A stretch of DNA of 53,915 nucleotides from a virus (lineage: Duplodnaviria; Caudoviricetes): the IMG/VR virus record IMGVR_UViG_3300035016_000040; one strand, 5' to 3'. The position numbers were made by a program, and so were the translations under genes. Positions 35,285 to 45,487 of the stretch are shown piece by piece. The notes beneath the pieces were generated by a model. That model had not been told where the DNA came from and did no database searches. It saw nothing but the letters and a program-made list of their open reading frames with translations. Numbering within the stretch: the stretch's first letter is position 1; each line of letters opens with the position of its first letter.

Positions 35285-35653
35285 ATGACAACCGTAATAC
35301 CTAAAGACCTCGCGCACGGGATCATCAACCGACTCATTGACCGGCCGAACGTCGAAGTCATCGGCTGCGAATCCGAGTTGTCGGAATGCGAGCTTACGCC
35401 GGACCTCACCACCAACACCCGTCGATACGCACCAGGCGACACGATCGCCGTCACCATCACGCTGCGCTACACGGATTGGGTGAAACCGGCAGACGCGATA
35501 GACGAGCCGACCGACCTGCGTCGTGTCTACCACCAGCTAAAGAAGGTCGCACACCCAGCACGTAAGGCCGCTGAAGCAATCGACAAACTTCTCACCGGTG
35601 GTGTGCTGGTGGAATCCGTGGAGATCACCAAGGACCGCGACAAAGCGTCATAG
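35285..35653 (+). CDS. Hypothetical protein
   Basis: ATG at 35285 after a purine-rich leader; globular composition. Confidence 0.55.
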   Translation: MTTVIPKDLAHGIINRLIDRPNVEVIGCESELSECELTPDLTTNTRRYAPGDTIAVTITLRYTDWVKPADAIDEPTDLRRVYHQLKKVAHPARKAAEAIDKLLTGGVLVESVEITKDRDKAS

Positions 35654-35678
35654 CTTTCAGTGGGGGCCGAAACCTGAG

Positions 35679-35784
35679 CCGGGGGCTTCGCTCACAAAAA
35701 AACAGACCCCCAGACCCGTACCGAATGCCGAAGTCTTGAACATTTTTTAGACCGTCTGACCAAGGGGGGCTATCCCCCGCACCA
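35679..35784 (+). other. Conserved non-coding element at the start of the late operon (candidate cos/pac or late promoter)
   Basis: Block-wise match to the reverse complement of 19304..19422, ending GGGGGGCTATCCCCCGCA. Confidence 0.5.
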
Positions 35785-36507
35785 ATGCCCGACCCCTTCG
35801 CCAACATCCCGACGCTCGACGCCGCCGACCTGACCGACATCTGCGAGATCGACGGCTTGGGCGAGCCGTTCGACGACGCGCCGGACTTCGACCCCGAGTT
35901 AAACCCGGAGGTCGACGCCACGGCCCGGCTGGACGACGCGCACCTGCACATGCAGACGCCGAGGCGCAGGCTGTTCATCGACTACCGCCCCGACCCCGAC
36001 GCGCTGCTGCACCTGAAGACGTTGCCGACCGAGGGGCAGACGTTGCACGGCGTGATCTGCCAGAAGTACGCCGCATGGGATCTGGTGCCGGCGCTGATCG
36101 GTCGCACCGGTCGCAACATCGACGAGCTGTACATCGCCACGCTGAGCTACGGCGCGGGCAACGCCAAGGAACTGCTGGCGCTGCTGGACGAGGGCCGAAT
36201 CAAGCGGTGCAGCCTGATCGTCAGCCACTATTTCAAAGCGCAGAACCGCCAACTTTATGACTCGCTCGTGCCGCCCCTGCTGGAACGTGGTCACCGTGTC
36301 ATCGCGATGCGCAATCACAGCAAGCTGCTGTTGATGCAGACCGCGGGCGCTGGAAGTTTCGTGGTGGAAGGTTCGGCCAACCTTCGCAGTTGTAAGAACG
36401 TCGAGCAGTTCTGCCTGACCCGTTGCCGCCAGTTGTACCGCTTTCACCGCGGCTGGATCGAGCGGGAACTGTTCGCCCGTCGCGAGGAAGGGAAGACCAA
36501 TGACTAA
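35785..36507 (+). CDS. Phospholipase-D-superfamily (single HxK...GSAN motif) protein
   Basis: RNHSKLLLM...VEGSANLRSCKNVEQF. Confidence 0.7.
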   Translation: MPDPFANIPTLDAADLTDICEIDGLGEPFDDAPDFDPELNPEVDATARLDDAHLHMQTPRRRLFIDYRPDPDALLHLKTLPTEGQTLHGVICQKYAAWDLVPALIGRTGRNIDELYIATLSYGAGNAKELLALLDEGRIKRCSLIVSHYFKAQNRQLYDSLVPPLLERGHRVIAMRNHSKLLLMQTAGAGSFVVEGSANLRSCKNVEQFCLTRCRQLYRFHRGWIERELFARREEGKTND

Positions 36508-36865
36508 GACCAATCGCCCGCCCGCCCCGGAAGAGATCGACGGCGAAGCGCTGCTGGAGTGGGAGCGGGTTTGCAACGAACTGGAATCGTTGAACCAGCT
36601 TCAGGCCACCGACCGCGCCATCCTCGTGCTGTATGTCGAGACATGGCAGACCTGGCGACGGGCGACGGCCGGCGTGAACAAGCACGGTGCCGTTATCCGC
36701 TACCCGAACAAGACCGTGGGGCCGAGCCCCTTCTACAACGTGGCGAAGGACTGTGCCAAGCAACTGCGCGGCCTGCTGGCCGACCTGGGACTTAACCCCG
36801 CCGTGCGGCTGAGCAACGCTGGCACCAATCCCGCCGACGAGCCCGAGCCGGACTTCACCGCCTAA
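36500..36865 (+). CDS. terS: Terminase small subunit (P27-like)
   Basis: APEEIDGEALLEWERV, LGLNPAVR. Confidence 0.9.
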   Translation: MTKTNRPPAPEEIDGEALLEWERVCNELESLNQLQATDRAILVLYVETWQTWRRATAGVNKHGAVIRYPNKTVGPSPFYNVAKDCAKQLRGLLADLGLNPAVRLSNAGTNPADEPEPDFTA

Positions 36866-36873
36866 CCGAGAGG

Positions 36874-37248
36874 ATGCCCAGCCACCCCTGCAAATGGCCG
36901 ACGTGTGACGAGTACGTTTCCCGTGCTGGCGAATACTGCCCCGACCACGCCGAGCAGGGCCGCGAGGTTCGGGCCGAACGGTCATCGTTCTACGACCAGC
37001 ACCTGCGCGACCCCGACGCCAAGCGGTTCTACGCATCGGCCGCGTGGCAACATGCCAGAGCCCGCAAGCTGGCCACGAACCCCACATGCGAGTTTGAAGG
37101 GTGCGCGCGTTTCGCTCAGCACGTTCACCATCGCAAGCCGCTGAAGGATTGCACGACGTCCGAGCGAGTCTGGCAACCGAACCTCGAATCGCTCTGCCCA
37201 CGCCACCACAACGAGCGAGAGGCCCAAGTCAAACGGAGATCCCAATGA
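36874..37248 (+). CDS. Terminase-associated HNH endonuclease
   Basis: FYASAAW..AR...NPTCE...VHH...NLESLCPRHHN. Confidence 0.85.
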   Translation: MPSHPCKWPTCDEYVSRAGEYCPDHAEQGREVRAERSSFYDQHLRDPDAKRFYASAAWQHARARKLATNPTCEFEGCARFAQHVHHRKPLKDCTTSERVWQPNLESLCPRHHNEREAQVKRRSQ

Positions 37249-37610
37249 ACCCCACCACCACCGCGCGCAAGCCGCGCCTGCTGCGGAAGACCAACACCAA
37301 TGGCTATCTGATGCTGCGCCGACCGTCGCACCCGATGGTCACGCGCAACGGCTACGCCTACGCCCACCGCGTCGTTCTCTTCGACCGGATCGGCCCCGGC
37401 CAGCACAAGTGCAACTGGTGCCCGCGCATCGTCACATGGGCGCACCGCTGGCCGCTGCAACCCGACAGCCTCACGGTCGATCACGTCGATTCCGCCAAGG
37501 CCAACAACGACGACGCCAACCTCGTGCCCTCGTGCCCGTCCTGCAACTCGCGACGGGCAGCGGCACGCCGGGCGGCGATCAAACGCTTGATGGGGAGGCT
37601 GGCGGCTTGA
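37245..37610 (+). CDS. Free-standing HNH endonuclease (homing-type)
   Basis: NGY...HP...GYAYAHRVV, CNWC, VDHVD..KANNDDANLVPSCPSCN. Confidence 0.8.
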   Translation: MNPTTTARKPRLLRKTNTNGYLMLRRPSHPMVTRNGYAYAHRVVLFDRIGPGQHKCNWCPRIVTWAHRWPLQPDSLTVDHVDSAKANNDDANLVPSCPSCNSRRAAARRAAIKRLMGRLAA

Positions 37611-39208
37611 AGCGGCTTGAACTGAAGGAAGACGCCGAATTCTACTACGACGAAGCCGCGGCGATGGCCCCGGTTCGGTTCGCGGAGAAGTTCTTGCGCC
37701 ACTACGAAGGGCAATGGGCGGGCCAGCCGTTCACGCTCATGGATTGGCAGCGCGACGAGGTGATCAAACCCCTCTTCGGCTGGAAGCGCCGGAAGGATGG
37801 CCGCCGCCGGTTCCGCGAACTGTGGTTGCTGACCGCCAAGGGAGCGGGCAAGACACCGCTGCTGGCGCTCGTGGGCATGTTCATGCTGCTGGCAGATGGG
37901 GAGGAAGCGCCGCACATCATCAGCAGCGCCACGGACGTGCCGCAGGCCCGGCTCACGTTCGACGCCGCCAAGAAGTACATCGCCGCCAACCGGACGCTGG
38001 AACGCGCCTGCCGTAGTCTGCAACACGAGATCAAGGGACCGAAGAACGCGAAGTGGGAGGCGGTGAGCGGATCGGCGGAAGGCCGACACGGTTACCGCCC
38101 CACCTGCCTGCTGATGGACGAGGCGCACGAGTGGCCGAATGGTGCGCTCTACAAGAACCTGACCGCCAATATGTTCAAGCGGCCCAACTCGCTGACGTTG
38201 GTGACGACCAACGCCGGTCCCAGCCGCACCTGCTTCGCGTGGTCCCTGCACGAGCGTGCCTTGGCGGTCCTGAACGGCACGAGCGACAACACGAAGCTAC
38301 TGCCGGTGATCTACGAGACGCCGGAAGACATGGATTGGACGACCGAGGCCGCGGCGAAGGTCGCCAACCCTTCCATCGGCCACCTCGTTCAGTTTGAAGA
38401 CCTCGCCACCGAACTGAGCGACGCGAAGCTGAGCGACGACGCCGAGGCCCGGTATCGTCGGCTGTACCTGTCGCAGTGGCAAAAGACGGGTGAGGGCCGC
38501 TGGCTGAGCATGGCATTGTGGGACGCGTGCGAGACGGTCGACGCGCTGACCATCCCGACCGACGCCGCGCTATTCGTGGGGCTCGACCTGAGCCTGGGCG
38601 ACGACCTTTGCGCCGTCGCGTTCGTCTGGGCGACGCCCGAACGGTTCTACCTCGACTCCCATTTCTGGACGCCCAAGGCCACCGCTGAGGGGTACGAGGC
38701 ATCGCACGGCGTGCCGTACCAGAAGTGGGCGAACGACGGGCATATCACGCTGGTGGACGAGCTGACCATCAGCGGCGCGGTGCACGACCGGATCGCCGCC
38801 TACATCGTGGAGCGTGCGAAGGGTCACAAGGTCCGGGCGATCTGCTTCGACCGCGCCCACGCCCTGCACACAGTCAAGGCGCTGGAGGCCGCGGGATTGC
38901 GGGCGGTGCCGATCGGCCAGGGCTACGAGGTGTCGCCCGGCTGCTTCGAGCTGGAACGCCGCATCAAGGAATCGACCGTCACCATCCGCGCCAACGGCGT
39001 GCTGCGGTTCTGCGCGACGAACGCCGAAATCTACGAGGACCAGCGCGGCAACATCTACCCGATCAAGCCGGGGGCCAAGGGCAAGTTCAAGGGCACCAAG
39101 CACCTGAAGATCGACGGCATATCCGCCGCGGCCAACGCCTTCAAAGAAGCAAAGCGTCACACGTTCCCCAAAGTCCGAACCATCTTCAAAGGACCCAGAG
39201 TCATATGA
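37607..39208 (+). CDS. terL: Terminase large subunit
   Basis: TTG start after GGAGG; AKGAGKT, LLMDEAHEW, GLDLS..DD, KIDGISA. Confidence 0.95.
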   Translation: MKRLELKEDAEFYYDEAAAMAPVRFAEKFLRHYEGQWAGQPFTLMDWQRDEVIKPLFGWKRRKDGRRRFRELWLLTAKGAGKTPLLALVGMFMLLADGEEAPHIISSATDVPQARLTFDAAKKYIAANRTLERACRSLQHEIKGPKNAKWEAVSGSAEGRHGYRPTCLLMDEAHEWPNGALYKNLTANMFKRPNSLTLVTTNAGPSRTCFAWSLHERALAVLNGTSDNTKLLPVIYETPEDMDWTTEAAAKVANPSIGHLVQFEDLATELSDAKLSDDAEARYRRLYLSQWQKTGEGRWLSMALWDACETVDALTIPTDAALFVGLDLSLGDDLCAVAFVWATPERFYLDSHFWTPKATAEGYEASHGVPYQKWANDGHITLVDELTISGAVHDRIAAYIVERAKGHKVRAICFDRAHALHTVKALEAAGLRAVPIGQGYEVSPGCFELERRIKESTVTIRANGVLRFCATNAEIYEDQRGNIYPIKPGAKGKFKGTKHLKIDGISAAANAFKEAKRHTFPKVRTIFKGPRVI

Positions 39209-40407
39209 ACCTCGCACCCGAAGCATTGGAAGTGATCAACATGGGCGGCAGCTACGAGGGCGGGATCATCCCCCCGGCGCTGATCAACGCTTACTCCGCG
39301 ATGGCCATCACCCCCTACTGGCGGGCGATGAACTTTCTGGCCACGAACCTTGCGGCGTTCCCGCGGTCGGTGCGCCAGAACGGCAACCGGATGGACGACG
39401 CCGAGCCGCACCCGCTGGCGAAGCTGCTGCGCCGCAAGCCCAACGGCTACCAGACGCCGCAAGTGATGTGGCGGACGTTCTACTACCACGCCGCCAACAA
39501 GGGCAACGGCTATCTGTGGATCGAACGGGACGCCGCGACGTTCAAGCCGATCGGCCTGCACAACCTGTTGCCCGAGGACGTCCACCCAATCCGGTACATC
39601 CACGAGGGCGAGAAGACGCCAACGCAATACTACCTCGTGCGATCGACCAAGACCGTGCTGAGCGGGGCCGACGTCATCCACATTCAGGCGCTGGGGCACG
39701 ACGGGCATTGCGGCACGAACCCCGTGGAGCAGCACGAGGCGACGTTTCAGCAGGCCATGGCGCTCGACCGGTTCCAAACCCGTTTCCTGCAAAAGGGCAC
39801 GATGATCCGGGCGGCCATCGAGTTGCCCGAGGCGGTCGGGGCCGACGATGACCTCGTGGACGAGATCCAAGAGACGATGCGCCGCTACTTCCGCGGTGCC
39901 GATGCCGAGCGCGATATCGTCGTGCTGCCCAACGGCGCGAAGCTGAACAACGCCACGCTATCGCCGGCCGACAGCCAGCTTGCCGAGCAGGGGGCGGTAC
40001 TGACGAAGAAGATCGCCCAGATTACAGGCGTCCCGCCCCACTTCCTCTACGAGTTCAAGGATGCCAAATACAACAACCTGACCGAGCAGATGGGCCAGGA
40101 CGTAGTGCGCTACACGTTCCTGCCGTGGATTCAGCAGACCGAGGAAGAGCTGACCGCCAAGCTGCTGACCGACGACGAGCTTGACGAGGGCTACGCGATC
40201 CACCTGAACCCCGACGCCCTGCTGCGCGGATCGTCCAAGGAGCAGATGGAAGTCGTCACCCTTGGCGTCAAGTCGGGCATCTACACCGAGAACGAGGGCC
40301 GCGGGCTGATCGGGATGCCCGCCGTGGCCGACGCCAGCGCCAACCAACTCAAGCGGCTGGGCGACACCGCGCCCCCGCCGGCCGCTGGCGACGCGGAAGC
40401 CGAGTGA
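39205..40407 (+). CDS. HK97-family portal protein
   Basis: PNGYQ, GNGY, DVIHI, GVPP, TENEGRGLIGMP. Confidence 0.92.
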   Translation: MNLAPEALEVINMGGSYEGGIIPPALINAYSAMAITPYWRAMNFLATNLAAFPRSVRQNGNRMDDAEPHPLAKLLRRKPNGYQTPQVMWRTFYYHAANKGNGYLWIERDAATFKPIGLHNLLPEDVHPIRYIHEGEKTPTQYYLVRSTKTVLSGADVIHIQALGHDGHCGTNPVEQHEATFQQAMALDRFQTRFLQKGTMIRAAIELPEAVGADDDLVDEIQETMRRYFRGADAERDIVVLPNGAKLNNATLSPADSQLAEQGAVLTKKIAQITGVPPHFLYEFKDAKYNNLTEQMGQDVVRYTFLPWIQQTEEELTAKLLTDDELDEGYAIHLNPDALLRGSSKEQMEVVTLGVKSGIYTENEGRGLIGMPAVADASANQLKRLGDTAPPPAAGDAEAE

Positions 40408-40410
40408 CCA

Positions 40411-40437
40411 TTTCCATTATCCCTGTCTCATTAGGGG
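40411..40437 (+). promoter_or_regulatory. TTTCCA-N15-TAGGGG motif upstream of protease and capsid genes
   Basis: Fills the short portal-protease intergenic gap. Confidence 0.55.
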
Positions 40438-40443
40438 ACCACT

Positions 40444-41037
40444 ATGAAAAACGAAGCGCTGAAGTTCTACACCATCGACACGCAGTTCGCCGTCGCATCG
40501 ACCGAGGGCAAGCCGACGACCCTCACGGGCTATGCGATCGTCTACAACGCGCTATCGGACGACCGCGGCGGCTACCGCGTGCGGATCAAGCCCGGTTCGG
40601 TGTCGTTCGCCAAGGAGGTGCAGGCGCTGTACTACCACGCCCACCCCGAAGTTCTGGGCACGACCGCCAACGGGTCGCTGCGCCTCACGTCCGACACGTT
40701 CGGCGTGAAGGTGGAGATCGACCTGCCCGACACCCAGCGCGCCCGCGACGTGGCCGAGCTGGTGGGCAAGCGGTACGTCACCGGGATGAGCTTCGCCATG
40801 GTGAGCACGCCCAAGGGCACGTTCACCACCGAGGGCGGGCAACGCATCCTCAACGCCGAGGCGTTCACCATCGACGAGGTGACCGTGACCGGCATTCCCG
40901 CGTTCGTTCAATCCAACATCACGGTGAAGACGGACGACGACGCCCGATTCGCCAGCCGCCGGGCCGACGCCCTGCGCCTCGATCAATTCAAACTCGACCT
41001 GTACCGGCTACCGGGCGCGTTGCCTGCCGCCGTCTAA
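40444..41037 (+). CDS. HK97-family prohead protease
   Basis: LTGYAIVYN, LGTTANGSL, GMSFA, EVTVTGIPAF. Confidence 0.92.
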   Translation: MKNEALKFYTIDTQFAVASTEGKPTTLTGYAIVYNALSDDRGGYRVRIKPGSVSFAKEVQALYYHAHPEVLGTTANGSLRLTSDTFGVKVEIDLPDTQRARDVAELVGKRYVTGMSFAMVSTPKGTFTTEGGQRILNAEAFTIDEVTVTGIPAFVQSNITVKTDDDARFASRRADALRLDQFKLDLYRLPGALPAAV

Positions 41038-41075
41038 CCCTAGCGCCCCATAGTCGGGCCAGAAAGAGATTGTCC

Positions 41076-42299
41076 ATGGACACGAAGTCACTGCGCGAAG
41101 AGTTCAGCCGCCTCACCACCGAGGGGCAGACCCTTCTCGACACCCTCGCCACCGAGAACCGCGACAAGTCGGAGGCCGAAGAGACGGCCAGCGCCGCCCG
41201 CTTCTCGCGATTGGAGAAGATCAAGAGCCTGCTGGACGAGCAGGCCAAGTTCGCCTCGCTCAAGCTGGCCGACGACGCTGGCGACGGCGACGCCAACGTG
41301 GTGCTGCCGAAGGAAGACCCCGGCCGCGACGCGTTCAACGCGTCCGAGGGCAAGGGCGCGAATGGCACCGCGGCAGAACCGAAGGTCGACCGCCAGCAGT
41401 TCAACCGTGCGTTGAACCACTGGGCATTGACCGGCGATATGGCCCGCCAATTCGCTACTATCACCACCGCCACCCAGTCGGGCGCGTTGCTGCCCAAGAT
41501 GGTGGCGCAGCCCGTCGTCGTCACCTACCCGACGGCGTTCCGCCAGGCCATGGCGCTGTATGGCGTTCAGCCGGTCAGCGGGTCGAGCACGGCCGAGATG
41601 AACCTGCCCGTGGTGATCGCCGCCGTTGGCAGCGACCTGTCGGAGACGGCCACCAGCGGCACGCAGAACGAGCCGTCGCTGACCGAGACGATCAACCTCA
41701 AGCCGGCACCCATCCAGTCGGGCCAGGCGTGGGTATCGAATCTGGAACTGGCCGCGCTCGATTACGACCTGCTGGGGTCGCTCGTGCCGTCGCTGATCGA
41801 CGCGAAGGAAATGCGCCTCGAACAGAAGGCCATGGCCGCGATCATCGCCGACACTGGCATTACCCAGAGCGAGGCAACGGCCACGATCTCGGGCCTGACC
41901 TACGACAACCTCGTGGACCTGAACAACAAGCTGGCCACCCGCTGGGACCGCCAGAAGGTCATCATCCTTTCGCCCGCCGCCTACACCGCGGCCTGCAAGC
42001 TGACGGGCGACGACGGCCACCCGGTGCTGCTGAAAGACCCGCAGAACCAGACGCTGGTGCGCCTGAACGGCACGCCGGTGCTGAAGTCCGATTACCTCGA
42101 AGCGTTCGGCGCCAACAAGGTCGTCGGCATCCTCGTGAGCCTCGTGGGCTTCCGCCTGCGCGACGCAGGCACCCAGAAGATCGTGCGCCACCTCGACGAC
42201 AAGGACAAGGTCGACCAGACCGGCCTGAACGTCATCGGCTACCACGCGTGGGGGTACGCCCCGAGCGCGATGGTCAAGCTGAAGTGCCCCGCCTCGTAG
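41076..42299 (+). CDS. Major capsid protein (HK97 fold)
   Basis: Starts MDTKSLREEFSRL; homolog of 12507..13952. Confidence 0.88.
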   Translation: MDTKSLREEFSRLTTEGQTLLDTLATENRDKSEAEETASAARFSRLEKIKSLLDEQAKFASLKLADDAGDGDANVVLPKEDPGRDAFNASEGKGANGTAAEPKVDRQQFNRALNHWALTGDMARQFATITTATQSGALLPKMVAQPVVVTYPTAFRQAMALYGVQPVSGSSTAEMNLPVVIAAVGSDLSETATSGTQNEPSLTETINLKPAPIQSGQAWVSNLELAALDYDLLGSLVPSLIDAKEMRLEQKAMAAIIADTGITQSEATATISGLTYDNLVDLNNKLATRWDRQKVIILSPAAYTAACKLTGDDGHPVLLKDPQNQTLVRLNGTPVLKSDYLEAFGANKVVGILVSLVGFRLRDAGTQKIVRHLDDKDKVDQTGLNVIGYHAWGYAPSAMVKLKCPAS

Positions 42300-42373
42300 T
42301 CTCCTGTTTGGGGTTGTGTGGGACCGTGGGCGGGTTAACGCCCGTCCACGGCATTTCAACAGGAGAACCGGAA

Positions 42374-42640
42374 ATGAAGATCACGTTTCAGCAGACATTT
42401 TCGACCGAACGCCAGCTATTCCGTGGCGGCAAAGAGTACGACGTGACCGACGCCCAGGGCGCGGAGTTCGTCGCCAGCGGCATCGCCAATCGCACGGATG
42501 GCAGCACGCCACCGCCCGCGGAACCGGAGCCGATCGCCGCGGGCGCTGACCTGACCCGGAACGATGGCGACACGGCCACGGCCGTCACCGAGCCCCCGAA
42601 GCCGAAGCGCAAGGGCCGCGCCCGGAAGGGCGACGCCTAA
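42374..42640 (+). CDS. Small head-associated protein
   Basis: AGGAG RBS; MKITFQQTF...GKEYDV...FVASGIA. Confidence 0.6.
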   Translation: MKITFQQTFSTERQLFRGGKEYDVTDAQGAEFVASGIANRTDGSTPPPAEPEPIAAGADLTRNDGDTATAVTEPPKPKRKGRARKGDA

Positions 42641-43263
42641 TGGTCACCTACGGCCCCAGCTTCGCGCAAGAGTTCCTGTGTCGTGCGCCCGACGTCACCA
42701 CGGGGCTCTACCTCATCGTTCACCGCAACGACGGGCTGGCGTTCGACGTGACGCAGCACACTTGGATGGATTGCACCCCGGAGAATTGGGGGCAGTTCAC
42801 CGAAGGTTTTGTTGCCAAGGGTAGCGGGATCTACCGATGCGTGATTCAGCACGACACGCTGACGGCCGGCGAGCACTACATCTTCTCGGTTTACGAGATG
42901 CTGGGTGAGCAGCCCGCCAGCACCGACCGCCTGCGCGAGACGTTGCACAAGGCCAACTGGGGCGTGATCGCGCCCGACGCCATGGTGGGCGACCCGATCG
43001 ACCACAACACGGGCAGCACCGATGCGCTGCGCGTCGTCGACACCGGCGGCAACGGCATCGACGGCGTGGTGATCCGCGCCTACCTCGCGACCGACTACAC
43101 CGACAACGCCAGCGCCGCCAGGGTGCAGGGGCTTTCCGTCACGCTGGCCGATGGCCGGTGGGAACGTCCGATCTACCGCGACCCGTCGCTGGCCTACACG
43201 CTCACGATGCACGCCGCGGGCAAGCTGGTGGGCCTGCATGACCTACCTGCGGAGGGAACCTAA
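42640..43263 (+). CDS. Hypothetical virion protein present only in B
   Basis: TAATG coupling on both sides inside the head-neck operon. Confidence 0.65.
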   Translation: MVTYGPSFAQEFLCRAPDVTTGLYLIVHRNDGLAFDVTQHTWMDCTPENWGQFTEGFVAKGSGIYRCVIQHDTLTAGEHYIFSVYEMLGEQPASTDRLRETLHKANWGVIAPDAMVGDPIDHNTGSTDALRVVDTGGNGIDGVVIRAYLATDYTDNASAARVQGLSVTLADGRWERPIYRDPSLAYTLTMHAAGKLVGLHDLPAEGT

Positions 43264-43862
43264 TGCCGATCGTGCTCGACCCCATCCAGAGCGGCGACGT
43301 GCCGGAGGGCGCGAATGGTCGCCATACGAAGTGGAGCGTGACCACCCCGCCCACGACCACGCCCGTATCCGCGGGTGATGCTGGCTACTACCTGAACCTG
43401 AACGAGGGCGGCGTAGATGAGACGTTCCCGCTTGAGTTGATGGTCGCCGCGGCCGTCGAGCACGCCGAGGACGTCATGGGAACGTCGCTCATGCCGCGCA
43501 CGATGCTGGCGACGTTCTACAACGGCGCACCGCTGCTGCTGCCCCGCGGCCCGCTGCTGGAAATGATCGGCGTCGCGGACGGCAACGAGAACGCCGTGAC
43601 CGATTACAAGGTCGAGCACGTCGGCCGGCGGCGCACCTACATCGTGCCCGCCGCCGGACTCACCTACCCGGTCAGCATCACGTATCGGGCGGGCTACGCA
43701 AACGCCGCAGCGGTGCCTGCCGACATCAAGCTGGCCATCCTCGCGCACGTCGGCACGCTCTACGAGAACCGCGAGAGCGTCAGCGACAAGCCCAAGACGC
43801 CCGTCCCGCACAGCCTGGAAGCGTTCTACCGCCGCAAGGGTAGGAATGTGGGGATCGGATGA
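43263..43862 (+). CDS. Head-tail connector (gp6-like)
   Basis: LPRGPL, YRAGY, IKLAILAHVGTLYENRE. Confidence 0.85.
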   Translation: MPIVLDPIQSGDVPEGANGRHTKWSVTTPPTTTPVSAGDAGYYLNLNEGGVDETFPLELMVAAAVEHAEDVMGTSLMPRTMLATFYNGAPLLLPRGPLLEMIGVADGNENAVTDYKVEHVGRRRTYIVPAAGLTYPVSITYRAGYANAAAVPADIKLAILAHVGTLYENRESVSDKPKTPVPHSLEAFYRRKGRNVGIG

Positions 43863-44194
43863 ACGCGGGGTCGCTGCGCCACACGCTCACGCTTCAGCGC
43901 CCGGTATCGGTCACCGACGCTTACGGCGAAACCACGGCGACGTCGTGGGTGGACGTCATGCCCATCCGTGCCGCCCTCAAGCCCACGCGTTCGGCCGAGA
44001 ACCTGCGCGCGAGGCTGAAGGGACTCGAAACCAGCTTTGAACTGACGATGCGGTACAGCGCCGAGGTCACGTCGGAGCGCCGATTCCTTTGGGAAGGGAA
44101 GGAGCTCTACATCGACGGCATCATCGACGTGGACGGCCGACACCGCGAGATGCGCGTCACCACCTTTAGCCGCGTCGAGGTGCCCGGTGGCTAA
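43859..44194 (+). CDS. Head closure / head-tail adaptor
   Basis: MNAGSLRH..TLQRP...MRY. Confidence 0.85.
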   Translation: MNAGSLRHTLTLQRPVSVTDAYGETTATSWVDVMPIRAALKPTRSAENLRARLKGLETSFELTMRYSAEVTSERRFLWEGKELYIDGIIDVDGRHREMRVTTFSRVEVPGG

Positions 44195-44624
44195 GAGTCC
44201 GCAGATCAAAATGAAGGGCGACAAGGCGCTGATCAAGAAGCTGAAGCGCCTGGGCGACAAGCGGAAGATGCGCAGGGTGCTGCGGGCCGCGACCAATGCA
44301 TCGGCGCAGGAGATCGTGAAGGCCGTGCGCAAGCTATGGCCAACCGATTCGGGCCTGAGCAAGAAGAGCGTCATCAAGAAGATCCTGAAGACCAAGAGCG
44401 GCTACACCGCCATCATCGGCATCGACAAGGACGCGGGCGTGCCCGGGCACATTCCGAGCAACATCGACCACCTGATCGAGCTTGGCTGGCAGACGAAGGA
44501 CGGCGTGTCGGTGCCCGCCATCGCGCCGCTACGCCGCGGCTACGACAGCGCCAAGGCCGCGGCTGAAGCGAAGTTTGCGAGCAAGGCCAAAGAGGCAATC
44601 GAGCGAGAGGCACGGAAACCCTGA
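44187..44624 (+). CDS. HK97 gp10-like neck protein
   Basis: Homolog of 10562..11038. Confidence 0.8.
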   Translation: MAKSPQIKMKGDKALIKKLKRLGDKRKMRRVLRAATNASAQEIVKAVRKLWPTDSGLSKKSVIKKILKTKSGYTAIIGIDKDAGVPGHIPSNIDHLIELGWQTKDGVSVPAIAPLRRGYDSAKAAAEAKFASKAKEAIEREARKP

Positions 44625-45025
44625 TGGACGTGGAAACCGCAATCGTCGCCCACCTTCGCGCCGTGCCGCTGATCGAATCGCTTTCGGGCGGTCGCGTGGT
44701 CCCCGCGGGCAGCAGCAGCGTGCTGCGTCCCAACATCGTCTACCAGCGATTGACGACCAAGCGCGAGTACAGCAACGACGGCCCGACGCACGCGCCGTGG
44801 GCAACGGTGCAGATCGGTTGCTGGGCCGACACGCTGAGCGTCGCGCGCCAACTGTCGGACGCAGTAATAGCCGCACTGGACGGATTCACGGGCGAGGTCA
44901 ACGGCTTTCAGATCGACGCCGTTTTCATCACTGACGAAAACAGCGCCCCCGAGTCCGCAGCGCCGGGCAAGGAAGAGGGCATCAAGGGAATTCTGGTGGA
45001 CTGTGTAGTTCACTATCAGGAATAG
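44624..45025 (+). CDS. Tail completion / terminator protein
   Basis: Homolog of 10164..10565. Confidence 0.8.
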   Translation: MDVETAIVAHLRAVPLIESLSGGRVVPAGSSSVLRPNIVYQRLTTKREYSNDGPTHAPWATVQIGCWADTLSVARQLSDAVIAALDGFTGEVNGFQIDAVFITDENSAPESAAPGKEEGIKGILVDCVVHYQE

Positions 45026-45053
45026 CAGGCAGCACTTTTAGGAGCTTCACAGC

Positions 45054-45473
45054 ATGAGCACAGCAACGAAGGCATACGGGTCCAAGATCGCCGTCAGCGC
45101 CACTGACGCCAGTTACGTGGACATCGCGCAGACGGTCGACCTGGCCGGGCCGTCGCCGGAGGTGGGCGAGATCTCGATCACCAACAACGACAGCCCCGAC
45201 AACTGCAAGGAATACTTGCCGGGCATGATCGAGCCGGGCGAACTGGAATTTGAGATCGTCTACGAGAAGGAGCAGTGCGCCGACCTCTACGCGATGTTCG
45301 GCGACGACATCGTTTACTTCTGGCGCGAGACGTACCCCGACGGTTCGACGTGGAAGTTCAAGGGCTTCCTGAAGTCCTTCGGCACCGAGGGCGAGACGGA
45401 AGACGGCGCACTGACCAACACGATCTCCATCAAGCTGACCAGCAAGCCGGTCTACACCGCGACGCCGGTCTAA
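45054..45473 (+). CDS. Major tail tube protein
   Basis: Homolog of 9707..10132. Confidence 0.85.
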   Translation: MSTATKAYGSKIAVSATDASYVDIAQTVDLAGPSPEVGEISITNNDSPDNCKEYLPGMIEPGELEFEIVYEKEQCADLYAMFGDDIVYFWRETYPDGSTWKFKGFLKSFGTEGETEDGALTNTISIKLTSKPVYTATPV

Positions 45474-45487
45474 CGAGCACCCAAACC

